From Tubulanus polymorphus (Eukaryota; Animalia; Nemertea), in NCBI RefSeq assembly GCF_964204645.1, contig NC_134032.1, positions 13,380,275-13,444,274 on the forward strand: a stretch of 64,000 nucleotides of DNA, in the 5' to 3' direction. The translations under genes were made by a program, and so were the position numbers. The notes under the pieces were generated by a model. That model was given only the letters and a program-made list of their open reading frames with translations. It was not told the origin of the DNA and did no database searches. Position 1 is the first letter of the stretch. The number at the start of each line of letters is the position of its first letter. Positions 63,433-64,000 of the stretch are shown in pieces.

Positions 63433-63633
63433 TTAATCGGCGCTTGTAACGGAACTCGGAAAGAACGCTCGCGTGAAAATTCCCTTCGTTTTTAGTTTGC
63501 GTTGGTTTTCGCCGTCCTCGCCCATTATTTCGTGAGTCAACGTACGCGCGTCGCGCACGTTTATATCTCCGCGCATCGATACCAAACTGATGATCTGTTC
63601 GGCTCGGAGGTCGTCGTTCTCGGCCAGTAATCC
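63433..63633 (-). CDS. EXOC3: Last coding exon of an exocyst Sec6/EXOC3-like gene (continues beyond the window)
   Basis: TTTTACAG acceptor; GLLAENDDLRAEQIISLVSMRGDINVRDAR resembles the Sec6 C-terminal YPD+R..+..LL..RGD motif. Confidence 0.6.
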   Translation of the reverse strand, partial: GLLAENDDLRAEQIISLVSMRGDINVRDARTLTHEIMGEDGENQRKLKTKGIFTRAFFPSSVTSAD

Positions 63634-64000
63634 CTGTAAAACCCACGCAGAACACACATTTTAATCTGGGTGCCTACAATTCCTCGATTACTTAAAAACT
63701 TCTCCAAAGTAGAAAATGATTTTTAAGGTGCTTGAAACTCTTAATTCTGTAATTTGAGTTAAATACCTAAAACCTCTTTAAAACTCCATCAATCTTGAGA
63801 AATAGGTAATATAATAAGAAATGTTTGTAGTTGTACTGTAGACTACGCCTAAATTGGTACAGTTGGGACCAGGGGCCAGTTGCACAGTCGTGACTTAAGT
63901 CAAAAAGTGGTCTTAAATCTTAAGACCAGTCTTAAGTTGTTAGATTGGCTATAGAACTAAGTTGGTCTTAGACTAGTCTTAAGTCTAAGCCATGACTATG

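Overview
AT-rich, intron-containing animal genomic DNA, probably a bilaterian invertebrate; the species cannot be determined from this window. The left half (3409-30301, minus strand) holds a complete DCDC2-like tandem-doublecortin gene, reconstructed by hand exon by exon with phase-compatible GT-AG junctions. It encodes about 622 aa, or about 867 aa with an optional 735-nt exon, and ends in three IQ-motif exons. Its promoter carries an RFX X-box and a FOX site. Its introns are full of MITEs, MITE-derived minisatellites and Penelope-like inverted remnants, plus a 22-bp minisatellite made of the exon's own splice acceptor. Positions 30823-58961 are a head-to-tail duplication of a ~14-kb unit with no long ORF. 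The unit contains a tandem array of ~235-bp exon+intron modules (splice signals kept, reading frames closed where translated), a ~620-bp fold-back hairpin, a small hairpin-embedded ORF and a repeated double-hairpin motif; this is the best candidate here for an undescribed non-coding or mobile system. The right end has a two-exon Fic-domain gene lacking TM/TPR regions (plus strand), convergent with the last exon of an EXOC3/Sec6-like gene. All calls are manual and no database search was run.
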